A DNA stretch of 64,000 bases from a virus: positions 695-64,694 of the IMG/VR virus record IMGVR_UViG_3300035523_000133; one strand, 5' to 3'. Shown in pieces: positions 54,763 to 63,334 of the stretch. Every line of letters starts with the position of its first letter. Position 1 is the first letter of the stretch. The notes below the pieces were generated by a model. It saw nothing but the letters and a program-made list of their open reading frames with translations. It did no database searches and had not been told where the DNA came from. The position numbers were made by a program, and so were the translations under genes.

Positions 54763-56412
54763 TCATCTCTTTCCTGCCGCTGCGGCGTCGTTCGCTTCCG
54801 CCTCTTCGAGGAGAGCGAACAGTCCGCCGTTGTAGGGTTTCGTGTCGGTCTTGCGTTTTTGCCGTGCCCGTCCGGTCAACCGGGCTTCGATGATGGACAG
54901 GTTCCGCTCGTCCAGATCGATGCCTATGGTTGTAGGGGCGCAATAGTCGCCATCCACCGTTACGGGCTTCACCGCTTCGTTCACGCCCTGCGCTGTGGAG
55001 CCGCTGCCGAAGAAGGGGTCAAGGGCGATTGCGCCTTCATAGCCCGCTCCACATCCGCAGTCGGTGTAGCCGATGATGTGCCCGACGAGTACCGGACCCA
55101 TCCGCAAATCGTGGTTCGCCCGTACCTGCCCCGCCAATCCGGGATCCAGATTCTTGCCTCCGATTTCGCCCGGTTGCCGCCCCGCCCGACCGCTGCCGCC
55201 CCGGTACTCCCGGCTCACCGCATATACCGCTTGCCGGGGGCACCCGCACCTTTTGCAGATGGCCTGCGGTATGGTCGCCTTCGCCGGGATTTCACAGATG
55301 CCGGGCGGGTAGCAGGCAAAGTGGGCGAGAGGGAAGGGTGAAAGCGGCACGAACCACAGGTCGCCCGGGTTGCGTCCGAGGGGGTTGTCGATACGTTCCG
55401 CCTGGCTTGTCCGCCCGAGACCGTTGACGCCTGTTTTGCCCTCTGTGTAGGTGCTGCCAGACAAGCCTTTGACCATCGGCTCCCGGATTTCGTCCAGGTT
55501 GTAGAAGTAGTCCTCAGAAACCCACAGGGGCCTCTGCTTGGGCTTGCCGTTGGGCAGGTATACCTGATTGCCCGCCTCGTCCAAAACGGGCTCGTACTCC
55601 TGCCTGGGCTTCTTGGTGACTACTTTGCACGTCTGCTGGTGAACCCACCTGACCGGCTTGTTGGACCTGACGAAGTGATACCACTGCTCCCAGGTCTCTT
55701 TGAGCCGGTCCTCTGCCGAGATGGGCATTCCGTTGCTCGTCAGGGCGACGGTTTCGCTGTCGTCCGGGCGATCGGTGGCATCCTTGCCTTTGAACCAAAT
55801 GGGCTTGTTCCGGCAAATCCAGCCCCGGTCAATCATGGCGATGAGGAAACGCTCAGGAATGGCCGTCAAGGATTTGCGGGGGATGGATGACTTTCCGGGC
55901 TTCCATTTCGGTTGGCCTTCTCGCAGACCGCCTTCGTTGTAGTCACCGCCTGCACCACCGCTGCCTGACCACGTATCCCCGAGGTTCACCCAGAGGCTTC
56001 CGTCCGGTCGTAGTAGCGTGTCGCCGATTGCACAGAACAGGTCGACCAGTTTGACGATGAACTCTTGGGGATTGCTCTCGCTGCCGATTTGCCGATCCAC
56101 GTACCGAGCGCCACAGGTTGGGCACACTCCGCCGGTCCGTTGGAGCCACTTCGCAGCATTGGCGGAAAGTCCGTTGCCAGACCCCACGCCATCGCTGCCG
56201 GGGTCGTCTGCCCACGCCGGCGGTTGGTGCTTGCAGGACGGGTCGCCCCCTACCCATGAGCCCGTGCCGTAATTGCGCTTCCACAGGTACGGCGGCGAGG
56301 TAATCACGGCGGAGACCTTATGCGGACAGCGTTCGGCAAGGCGCTTGACGGTCTCCAGAGCGTCCCCGATGTAGACCTCTACGCCGGGCAGGGTCAGACG
56401 TGGCTCAATCAC
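54763..56412 (-). CDS. Beta-class amino-MTase (SPPY, likely N4-cytosine) with Zn-finger insertions
   Basis: GDALE, ITSPPY, NLGD, WICRNKPIWFK, RNPGDLW, HFACYP, LDPFFGSGST, GIDL; GTG start after GAGGAG. Confidence 0.9.
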   Translation of the reverse strand: MIEPRLTLPGVEVYIGDALETVKRLAERCPHKVSAVITSPPYLWKRNYGTGSWVGGDPSCKHQPPAWADDPGSDGVGSGNGLSANAAKWLQRTGGVCPTCGARYVDRQIGSESNPQEFIVKLVDLFCAIGDTLLRPDGSLWVNLGDTWSGSGGAGGDYNEGGLREGQPKWKPGKSSIPRKSLTAIPERFLIAMIDRGWICRNKPIWFKGKDATDRPDDSETVALTSNGMPISAEDRLKETWEQWYHFVRSNKPVRWVHQQTCKVVTKKPRQEYEPVLDEAGNQVYLPNGKPKQRPLWVSEDYFYNLDEIREPMVKGLSGSTYTEGKTGVNGLGRTSQAERIDNPLGRNPGDLWFVPLSPFPLAHFACYPPGICEIPAKATIPQAICKRCGCPRQAVYAVSREYRGGSGRAGRQPGEIGGKNLDPGLAGQVRANHDLRMGPVLVGHIIGYTDCGCGAGYEGAIALDPFFGSGSTAQGVNEAVKPVTVDGDYCAPTTIGIDLDERNLSIIEARLTGRARQKRKTDTKPYNGGLFALLEEAEANDAAAAGKR

Positions 56413-56449
56413 CGGGGCCTCACTCCTCACTTCGCCGCCGTGTTTGCCG

Positions 56450-56686
56450 TCATGATGAATGGGACTCCTCTGGAGTGGGGATGGGCAGTACCGCTGCCAG
56501 GGCGTCGTTTTTTGCTCTCGCCAAGGTGTTGGCCGCCCCCGTTGCAATGATCTTGCCGGTGACCTCGCAGACAACCGCCCAGGGGTATTCTTCGGGGCCG
56601 TGCTCTTGAACGCTCAGAAGCAAGGGGTCGATGCTCCACTCCCACACAACACCCAGCAGTCGCCCAACTTTACGCTCCCAGGTCAT
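56450..56686 (-). CDS. Hypothetical protein
   Basis: Start MTWER. Confidence 0.5.
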   Translation of the reverse strand: MTWERKVGRLLGVVWEWSIDPLLLSVQEHGPEEYPWAVVCEVTGKIIATGAANTLARAKNDALAAVLPIPTPEESHSS

Positions 56687-56705
56687 CGCTCTTAGGGGCC
56701 TCCTC

Positions 56706-57200
56706 TCAGCCTGTCCGCTTCTCGCTGTCCGCCGGTCTGCTCGCACCAGGGATGCCGTCCCGCTTCGTCTCAGGATCAGGCCACAGACGGTCAATGGTGG
56801 CCATCACCTTGGGCTCCGCGGCCTGGACGATTGCGGCTACGGCCGCCTCTTCTCGTTCCGCCCTCAGCCTCTCGATGAAGAAGGGCCAGAGGTGTTCCGC
56901 CATGTGCCCGAGGCGCTTTTGCACTTCGTCTAGCGTCTTCTGCGTCCGAAGGGAAACGGTGTTTGAGACCGTCTGCTCCAGGCAACTCGTCAGATAGTCC
57001 GCACTAATCCGCAGCAGGAACGCCTTGAAGTCCGGGCCGGGGGCCGACCACCGGGCAGCGTAGATGCCGAAGTCGCCGTGGATTTGCAGCAGACCAAGTG
57101 CGGGGGCGATTGTGAAGTAGCCGTACCACCCATGCTTCGGATGCTTGACGTAGTAGCACTCAGCCGCGAACGGCTTGGTTAGGTCGATGTCCTTGCCCAT
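56706..57200 (-). CDS. Hypothetical phage protein
   Basis: Start MGKDI after AGGAGGAG; LQIHGDFG.Y. Confidence 0.6.
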   Translation of the reverse strand: MGKDIDLTKPFAAECYYVKHPKHGWYGYFTIAPALGLLQIHGDFGIYAARWSAPGPDFKAFLLRISADYLTSCLEQTVSNTVSLRTQKTLDEVQKRLGHMAEHLWPFFIERLRAEREEAAVAAIVQAAEPKVMATIDRLWPDPETKRDGIPGASRPADSEKRTG

Positions 57201-57213
57201 CTGTTTGCTCCTC

Positions 57214-57522
57214 CTATCGGCTCTCGCCGGGAACGCCGTCCTTGACCCAGACCCATTGTTCGTGTCCGGCATCGCTGGCGATCTGCCCCGCATCGGCGTA
57301 GGACGGGGCCTCCACCTGAACAACCTTAACGCTCCGCGGGTGTCCACCCGTCGGGCTGTACACAGTTATCGCCTGGGGCGCCTTGTCGGGGAGGTACGCA
57401 CCAAGGAAACAACTGCCGCCCGTCAGCGTGCGGACTCTCATCCCGCCTGAGCAGTCTTTTCTGCCTTTGGGTCCCCTTGTGCAGTGCAAACAAGGAACAC
57501 TCTGGCAATCGGGTTTCGGCAC
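57214..57522 (-). CDS. Small Cys-containing protein
   Basis: CQSVPCLHC; SD. Confidence 0.55.
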   Translation of the reverse strand: MPKPDCQSVPCLHCTRGPKGRKDCSGGMRVRTLTGGSCFLGAYLPDKAPQAITVYSPTGGHPRSVKVVQVEAPSYADAGQIASDAGHEQWVWVKDGVPGESR

Positions 57523-57525
57523 GTT

Positions 57526-57723
57526 CTACTCCTCCTTTGGCTTACGCTTGGCCGCTCGTTCCGCTTTGCGTTCGGCCTTCACCGCCGCATTCAACCAGTC
57601 CAGCGTCATCAGGGAGACGGTCCGGGGACTGAGGGGAATGCCTGACTCCGTTACCGCTACCTTGACTTTATCCAGAGCCTCGCAGATGGTTTGCGGCTCC
57701 AGCATTCCAAGCAGGTGATTCAT
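57526..57723 (-). CDS. Hypothetical protein
   Basis: 65 aa, coupled. Confidence 0.55.
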   Translation of the reverse strand: MNHLLGMLEPQTICEALDKVKVAVTESGIPLSPRTVSLMTLDWLNAAVKAERKAERAAKRKPKEE

Positions 57724-58430
57724 CGTTCTTGTGCCCTCCTATCTGCTAACCAGGTCCCGTAACAGTAGGTATCCATAACGGGTCGAACCTCTGCCGGGTC
57801 CAACCGGATGCCGTCTTGTGGCGGGTTCGCTTTGGCGCCCTTCTCCCGAGTCAGGCGGAGCAGGTCCGCTTTTGCGTCGGCGCCGGGGTCGGTGTGATCA
57901 AGCCATTCGTGGAAGTCCGCACACGCCGGGAGGTTGTTCCAGTCCTCGTTGCGGGTCGATTCGGCGCCTCGGGGGATCAGATGCGCCCGGCTGATGAGCC
58001 CCTTCCCCGGTACCCCATCCACTCCGGGCCGTTGGTGGGCGTTGCATCCGCAGACACAAGGCAGGATGTGGACGGCGGCTTCGCATCTGCGATCGGCCAG
58101 TTTGAGCCGCCGTGCGCGTCGGCCCTCTCGTTTCAGGGTGGTGTTGCGGTTGACGCGTCCCCGGACGTATGTAAGGCCACCCTTGGCGTAGCCGATGACG
58201 TTCCGCCCGAGAATCTTCACGGCTTGCAGCCGCGTGTATCGCCGCAAAGGCTTGCGCTGCCGCCGCTTTTTGGGTTTCTCCTTTTGCCGCTGTTGATGGC
58301 GCAGGATCTCAGGAACCGTTGCCAGTTTCAGGGGGCTGATTTCTTTGGGCTTCCCGGTGGCCTTGCCCTTCTGTCGAAAGCCGCTCGACTCCCGGCGCTC
58401 TCGCGGTTCGGGCTTCGGACAAGCCTGCAT
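57720..58430 (-). CDS. Basic protein with C-terminal HNH-like (NinG/DUF968-type) domain
   Basis: RCE...CVCGC...RAHLIPRG...NNLPACADFHEWLD. Confidence 0.6.
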   Translation of the reverse strand: MQACPKPEPRERRESSGFRQKGKATGKPKEISPLKLATVPEILRHQQRQKEKPKKRRQRKPLRRYTRLQAVKILGRNVIGYAKGGLTYVRGRVNRNTTLKREGRRARRLKLADRRCEAAVHILPCVCGCNAHQRPGVDGVPGKGLISRAHLIPRGAESTRNEDWNNLPACADFHEWLDHTDPGADAKADLLRLTREKGAKANPPQDGIRLDPAEVRPVMDTYCYGTWLADRRAQER

Positions 58431-58449
58431 ACCGGGTCACCCCCTCCTC

Positions 58450-59793
58450 TCAGTTCCCGAGGACTTCCGCCCTGATGGTGTCCGCCAGGTCCGGATCGCC
58501 GCCGTCATGCTCCCACCAGTGCTTGATCCATCGGATATCGTCGTCGGTCACCGTCTTGAATCCCGGCAGTCCCTTCTCGATTTCGAACAGGTCCCGGAGG
58601 AATTCCGCCCTGACTCCCAGCAGGTAGGGGCCGGGGGTCACGTCGGTTGACGATGCTCCTGTCGTCATGGCGGCTTCGGTCCACCTCACACCGGCCAGGA
58701 AGGCTAGGAGTTGTGTCGTGGGGACCTCGCCCGCTGCCGCCTCCCAATCCTGTCCTGACGGTTTGTAGTGCTCCCGCTCTGCCCACCGGGCGCCTGTTTC
58801 GAAGGCGTCGATCGAGGCTTCGTCCTCGCCAGCGTGGACCTTGGCCGCCATCGTCCGGGCCGTGCAGTTCAGTCGCAGTCGCCCGTTTCGCCCGATTGGG
58901 TCCCGCTTGCTGTAGTCGTTGCGATACCGCAGAATCTTGTCCCGGAAGGCGAGGAGCGGAGCGTACTCAGGGGTCACGACGCGAACCATGTTTCGCATGG
59001 AGATGTCCTCGGGTACGACCGTGCAGACGAAGCAGCCGAACCGGGAACCGCCGCAACTGGCCGTCCGCCGGTCGAAATCGAGCACGCATTCGCCGCCGTG
59101 GGCGCCCTGGTACATCTCGAAAAGTTCCTCGTTGCTGCCGCCCCAAGGCTTGGGGAACAGTCGCAAATACTCCCATACGTTATCGTTATCCCATTCCTGG
59201 ATGGGCTGGAAGCTGATTCCTTCGGTCAGGCTGCCGCAGGTGCCGAACTTGCCTTCGATGGCGTGCGCCTCGATGCTGGCACCCCGGGCCTTCGATTCCT
59301 TCTTGCGGCTGCCCAGGAGTTGGAGAATGCGCCCACTCTTGTCGATGTTGGCCCTGACCCACGTTTCCGAGGGTTCGATCTTCAGGCGGCCGGTGCACCA
59401 CCGGAAATCCTGGGTGGGTGCTGGGTAGCCCCGGCCGATCAGGCAGACCCAGAAGGATTGCTTGGGATCTGGCGTCACCTTGACCACCGTCACCGGCAGG
59501 TCGTATCGGGTCGCCACATCCCGCAGTTCGGCGTGGCACTTGTCCAGCCAGGTCGCCACCGCGGGGTTCTCGACCAGCGTGTCGGAGGAGACCACATAGA
59601 CCGGCTTCGTCCGCTGCTCCGCAGGCAGGGCCATCAGCATCCGGTAGGTGAGTTGGACCACTGCGGAGGAATCCTTGCCGCCTGAGAATCCAATCACCCA
59701 GGGTCGCCCGTCTGGCCGCAGGTAAACCTCCCGCATCTCCGCTACCAGGGCGTCTATCACCGGTTGCTCGACCGGCTCATGGTCGAAGTCCAT
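58450..59793 (-). CDS. dndC: DndC-like DNA phosphorothioation sulfurtransferase (PAPS-reductase fold); possible ACG start at 59820
   Basis: PWVIGFSGGKDSS, VYVVSSDTLVENP, SFWVCLIGRGYPAP...FRWCT.RLKIEPS, LLGSRKKES..R, PWGG.N..L..MY.GA..GEC, CG.SRFGCFVCTVV.ED.SM, GPY. Confidence 0.88.
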   Translation of the reverse strand: MDFDHEPVEQPVIDALVAEMREVYLRPDGRPWVIGFSGGKDSSAVVQLTYRMLMALPAEQRTKPVYVVSSDTLVENPAVATWLDKCHAELRDVATRYDLPVTVVKVTPDPKQSFWVCLIGRGYPAPTQDFRWCTGRLKIEPSETWVRANIDKSGRILQLLGSRKKESKARGASIEAHAIEGKFGTCGSLTEGISFQPIQEWDNDNVWEYLRLFPKPWGGSNEELFEMYQGAHGGECVLDFDRRTASCGGSRFGCFVCTVVPEDISMRNMVRVVTPEYAPLLAFRDKILRYRNDYSKRDPIGRNGRLRLNCTARTMAAKVHAGEDEASIDAFETGARWAEREHYKPSGQDWEAAAGEVPTTQLLAFLAGVRWTEAAMTTGASSTDVTPGPYLLGVRAEFLRDLFEIEKGLPGFKTVTDDDIRWIKHWWEHDGGDPDLADTIRAEVLGN

Positions 59794-59908
59794 GCGGAGT
59801 TGCCGCAGTTGCCTGGCCGTTGGTCTCGCCTCCCGTTCACCGTAATTTCGTTCCTGTCAACCCGGCCCTTGGACTCCGTCCCTCTCCGCTCGGGTATCCC
59901 CTAGGGGT

Positions 59909-60457
59909 TCAGGCGGTTTTCCGCCGCTTTTCACGAGGGGGCACCGTCCGTACCTGAAGCCGTTGCCGTGCCCAGTTGACCCGGCTTTTGACCGTGCCTA
60001 TCGGGATGCCCAGCCGTTTGGCGACTTCTTCGAAATGCACGCCCTCAGCAATTGGGATGAGACAGGCCGCTTCTTTGGGCGTCAGTAGTCGGCGGACCTC
60101 GGCCAACTCCTCACGGATGATTACCTCGTCCTCAATGCTTTGCGGGGTGGGGAGTGGCGCTGCAGTCTCCAGAGACACCGTTTGCGTTTCGCCTTGCTTG
60201 CGCCGCATGGTCCGCACCCGATCGTTACAGAGTTGCCCCACCACCCTGAATAGCCAGTGGCGGAGGTGCTGAGAGTCCTGGACGCTCCCGGCGTGACGCC
60301 ACAGGCGGACGAACGTGTCCTGGACAATCTCCTCCGCGTTCTCCCAATTGTGAACGTAGTCGTTGGCGTAGCGTTCCAGCCGACCACGCCAGTAAGCCAT
60401 CAGCGGTTCCCAGGCCATTTCGTCACCCGCCGCGAGCCTCGCCAGAATCTCCTCCAT
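59909..60457 (-). CDS. ECF-type sigma-70 factor
   Basis: AEEIVQDTFVRLW...WLFRV...CNDRVR; region 4 FEEVAKRLGIPIGTVKSRVNWARQRL. Confidence 0.92.
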   Translation of the reverse strand: MEEILARLAAGDEMAWEPLMAYWRGRLERYANDYVHNWENAEEIVQDTFVRLWRHAGSVQDSQHLRHWLFRVVGQLCNDRVRTMRRKQGETQTVSLETAAPLPTPQSIEDEVIIREELAEVRRLLTPKEAACLIPIAEGVHFEEVAKRLGIPIGTVKSRVNWARQRLQVRTVPPREKRRKTA

Positions 60458-60481
60458 CTCCCTCTGCCCTCCCCTTCTCCC

Positions 60482-62239
60482 TTAGCCGAAGTTGAACTTG
60501 GGTTGCTCGATATCCGCTCCGACCCGTGCCTTTGCGATTCGAACGTAGTCGGGATCCCGCTCGATCAGTGTGCAGTCGAACCCTTCCGCTTCGGCGGCTT
60601 TTGCAGTCGTGCCGGATCCGCCGAAGGGGTCTAGTGGTTTGCCGCCCGGCGGAGTCACCAGTCGCACCAGCCAGCGCATCAGCCCGACCGATTTGATTGT
60701 GGGGTGGAAGTTGCGGGCCGCTCGCTTCGTTCCCTCAGCCTGGAATGTGCCAGGGTTCGCCTCGCCGCTTGACCAGTTCAGCGGCTTTTCCTCCAGGGCT
60801 TCGCAGCCTCGGTTCCTTTCGCTTCGGCTGGCCTTCGCGGCGTAGAGGAAGATGGCTGTCTGAATGTCTTCGGGCTCCCATGCGAACTGTGGAAAAAAGC
60901 GAGATGCTCCGCCTTGGTCCTCGTACTCCGCTCCGGTGTGGGTCATGCCATACCCGTTGCCCGGTTGCGCCGATGCTCTTGGTTGACCTTTCCGGCTTGC
61001 GCTTTGCCCGCTCTGGCGGTCCAATTCGAGTACCGGGCATCCTCCAGCACATTCCCAGGCTTCGACCGTCTCCATGCCATTCTCGTCAGCACGGTCGCCG
61101 TCCCACTTGCGGGTCCCAATCGGTTGGTCTGGGTTCAGAATCCCGCCCTTGGAGGTGCTACCGCCGGTCTGCGCCCATCCGCTGCCGCCCTTCACGGTCT
61201 TCGTCCCCGCCCTGCGGCAGTCTGCATGGTGGGTCAGTACCAGATTCGCAGGAAACCGTCCAAGCGATTCGGCCTTGGCGACGTTACGCCCGATGCGCTC
61301 ATTCGCAGCTTCCATCGCTTCCTCGTCGTGCTTCCAGGGTCGATCCCATCCGTCCGAATCACTGCTTGTCCGCCCTCCATCGAGGCTTTCGCCGGGCTGG
61401 GTCTTGATTCGGCACCCGTCTATGTTGAGCGCCCCTACGCCATGCTTCAGGAGGTTTTCCGCCACGGTGTCTTCGCTCGGGGGCTTGCGGACGAGGAGCC
61501 ACTGTTCTTGGGATGGCTTGATGTCCGTGCCGAACCCTTCCCACTTCGCCGCCTCGGGTGAGCCGGGCGCTGTAATGGCCTCCTGCTGCCCGGCGTAGTC
61601 CGGGGCGCTCTGGAATTGCAGCCCGTCGCTGCCTATGTAGGGGTTGCGCTGTTCTCTGAAGCCGATTACAAATCGCTTTCCGACCGGTGGCCCCCAGACG
61701 GTCGTGGCAATCACGCACCACTTCCAGGCCCATCGGTCTTTGGGAACGCTGGTCCAGAGCCGCTTTGCCCACCGTATCGCCTTTGGTCTGTGCTCCATCA
61801 GCCATTCGGTGAAGAGCATGAAGTCGATGGCTTTTGACACATCCAGGCTTTTCGGGAAACCCGAACCAAAAAGGTGTTGGATTGAATTACGAATTTCGAA
61901 CCCCGCCGCCCGCAGGCCCAGCCCGGTCAGGTCCGCCGTCCGGGGAAGTGCCCAGACCACCCCGTAAGCGCCGGGCTTCAGGAGTCGCAGGGCCTCCGTC
62001 GCCCAGTCCGCTGTGAAGGCTACGAATCCTGCTTCCCACGGCTCAAGGGCGAGTACCTGCAGGCTTTCCAGGACGGCCCGGCCCTTCTCCGACTTCGGCA
62101 CGTACTTGCTGTGAGAGTCCCACGCCTTGCCCATGAAGCTGACCCCCGCCGGCGGGTCCGTCACCAGGGAGTCGAACGACTCGGGCGGTAACGTCGGCAT
62201 GATGTCCATGTTGTCGCCCTGCAGTATCTGGTAGTCCGT
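60482..62239 (-). CDS. Beta-class amino-MTase (DPPA motif, likely N6-adenine); conserved domain begins upstream of first ATG (62209), ACG at 62239
   Basis: YQILQGDN, VTDPPAG..FMGKAWD, FGSGFPKS, GRFPAN, FHPTIKS, LDPFGGSGTT, IERD. Confidence 0.88.
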   Translation of the reverse strand, partial: TDYQILQGDNMDIMPTLPPESFDSLVTDPPAGVSFMGKAWDSHSKYVPKSEKGRAVLESLQVLALEPWEAGFVAFTADWATEALRLLKPGAYGVVWALPRTADLTGLGLRAAGFEIRNSIQHLFGSGFPKSLDVSKAIDFMLFTEWLMEHRPKAIRWAKRLWTSVPKDRWAWKWCVIATTVWGPPVGKRFVIGFREQRNPYIGSDGLQFQSAPDYAGQQEAITAPGSPEAAKWEGFGTDIKPSQEQWLLVRKPPSEDTVAENLLKHGVGALNIDGCRIKTQPGESLDGGRTSSDSDGWDRPWKHDEEAMEAANERIGRNVAKAESLGRFPANLVLTHHADCRRAGTKTVKGGSGWAQTGGSTSKGGILNPDQPIGTRKWDGDRADENGMETVEAWECAGGCPVLELDRQSGQSASRKGQPRASAQPGNGYGMTHTGAEYEDQGGASRFFPQFAWEPEDIQTAIFLYAAKASRSERNRGCEALEEKPLNWSSGEANPGTFQAEGTKRAARNFHPTIKSVGLMRWLVRLVTPPGGKPLDPFGGSGTTAKAAEAEGFDCTLIERDPDYVRIAKARVGADIEQPKFNFG

Positions 62240-62327
62240 TGCGTTCGCCTCCCTTACGTATCCCCTCGGGCCTTCCGTAGTCGTAGTCTATTGGCAGGTC
62301 ATCGTCCCAGGGGTCTTCCATGGGGAC

Positions 62328-62606
62328 TCAACTCCTTTGGGGCAACGGGATGTTGAACCGCTTCGGGTCGTGTACGGCACAGAGGGGGTTGTGCCATTCC
62401 TTTGGCGTCAGGCGCATACTGCCGTTGTACCGGTTGATGTACCGGGTCCGACACTTCCCGTCCTCGGTGTAGCCCATCACCACCATGAGCATGGCGGACT
62501 CCTTGGCGTCGGCGTCGTGGATGACCGGAGCGCCCGGCGGCCACTGCACGGTGTTGGGCTCGTAGTTCAGACTGCCGCCGCATTCGGGGCACTTGGGCCA
62601 CTCCAT
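62328..62606 (-). CDS. Zn-ribbon hypothetical protein
   Basis: CPECGG; SD. Confidence 0.6.
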   Translation of the reverse strand: MEWPKCPECGGSLNYEPNTVQWPPGAPVIHDADAKESAMLMVVMGYTEDGKCRTRYINRYNGSMRLTPKEWHNPLCAVHDPKRFNIPLPQRS

Positions 62607-62626
62607 TACTCAGCCCTCCCTGCCCG

Positions 62627-63037
62627 TCAGAACGGGACATCATCGTCGTCGGTGAACTTGGGTTCGCTGCCCCCGGCGGGCGTCGTCTTCGGCCCGCTTG
62701 CATGTTCGCCGTCGTCCTTGCCCTTGTCCAGGAAGCGGACCGTGGAGGCGACTACCTCTGCCTTCTCCCGCTTCTGGCCTTCCCGGGTCTCGTACTGGCG
62801 GATTTGGAGCCGCCCTTGGACCGCCACCAGCCGGCCCTTTTGCAGGTAGTTCGCGGCGGTTTCGGCGGTCTTTTCCCAGACCACGCAATCTATCCAGTCC
62901 ACCTCGTTATTGCCTTGGGGGTCCTTGGTGCCCCTGTCGACTGCCAGACGCAGAGTGGCAACCGCCTTGCCGCTGGTCGTATACCTGAGTTCCGGGTCCT
63001 TGGTTAAGCGGCCGATCAGGACCACTGTGTTAAGCAT
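62627..63037 (-). CDS. ssb: Single-stranded DNA-binding protein
   Basis: LNTVVLIGRLTKDPELRYT.SG...LAVDR...KGRLVAVQGRLQIRQYE, DDDVPF tail. Confidence 0.97.
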   Translation of the reverse strand: MLNTVVLIGRLTKDPELRYTTSGKAVATLRLAVDRGTKDPQGNNEVDWIDCVVWEKTAETAANYLQKGRLVAVQGRLQIRQYETREGQKREKAEVVASTVRFLDKGKDDGEHASGPKTTPAGGSEPKFTDDDDVPF

Positions 63038-63040
63038 GGG

Positions 63041-63334
63041 TTACTCCTTCCTCTCCCCTTCTGGGGGCGTCGTACCGACCGCCATCCGTTGCGCCGCGAA
63101 AGCCTGCGTTGCCGCCGTTCTCACCGCCTGAAGGCGATTCTCCAAGTTAGCCGCCGCCGTCTTCGCCGCTTCACTGGCAGCCTGGGGATTGTCGTAGCCG
63201 ACGCCGCAGCCCATCTCACCGGACCGCCCGATTTCGTAGCCCCACCGACCGGCGGTGAACTCGCTTTCCACGATGGCGACTGTGTACCGCCCGTCCACCT
63301 TGCCGACTACCTTGCGCTTTCGCTTGGTGCTCAC
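63041..63334 (-). CDS. Hypothetical protein
   Basis: 97 aa, coupled. Confidence 0.55.
   Translation of the reverse strand: MSTKRKRKVVGKVDGRYTVAIVESEFTAGRWGYEIGRSGEMGCGVGYDNPQAASEAAKTAAANLENRLQAVRTAATQAFAAQRMAVGTTPPEGERKE

Noticed and set aside
58450-59793. Calling the PAPS-reductase-fold gene a cysH sulfur-assimilation auxiliary gene
   Set aside because: Length and DndC-specific motifs (SDTLVENP, GRGYPAP..FRWCT, SRFGC.VCTVV) fit DndC; no sulfate pathway genes nearby
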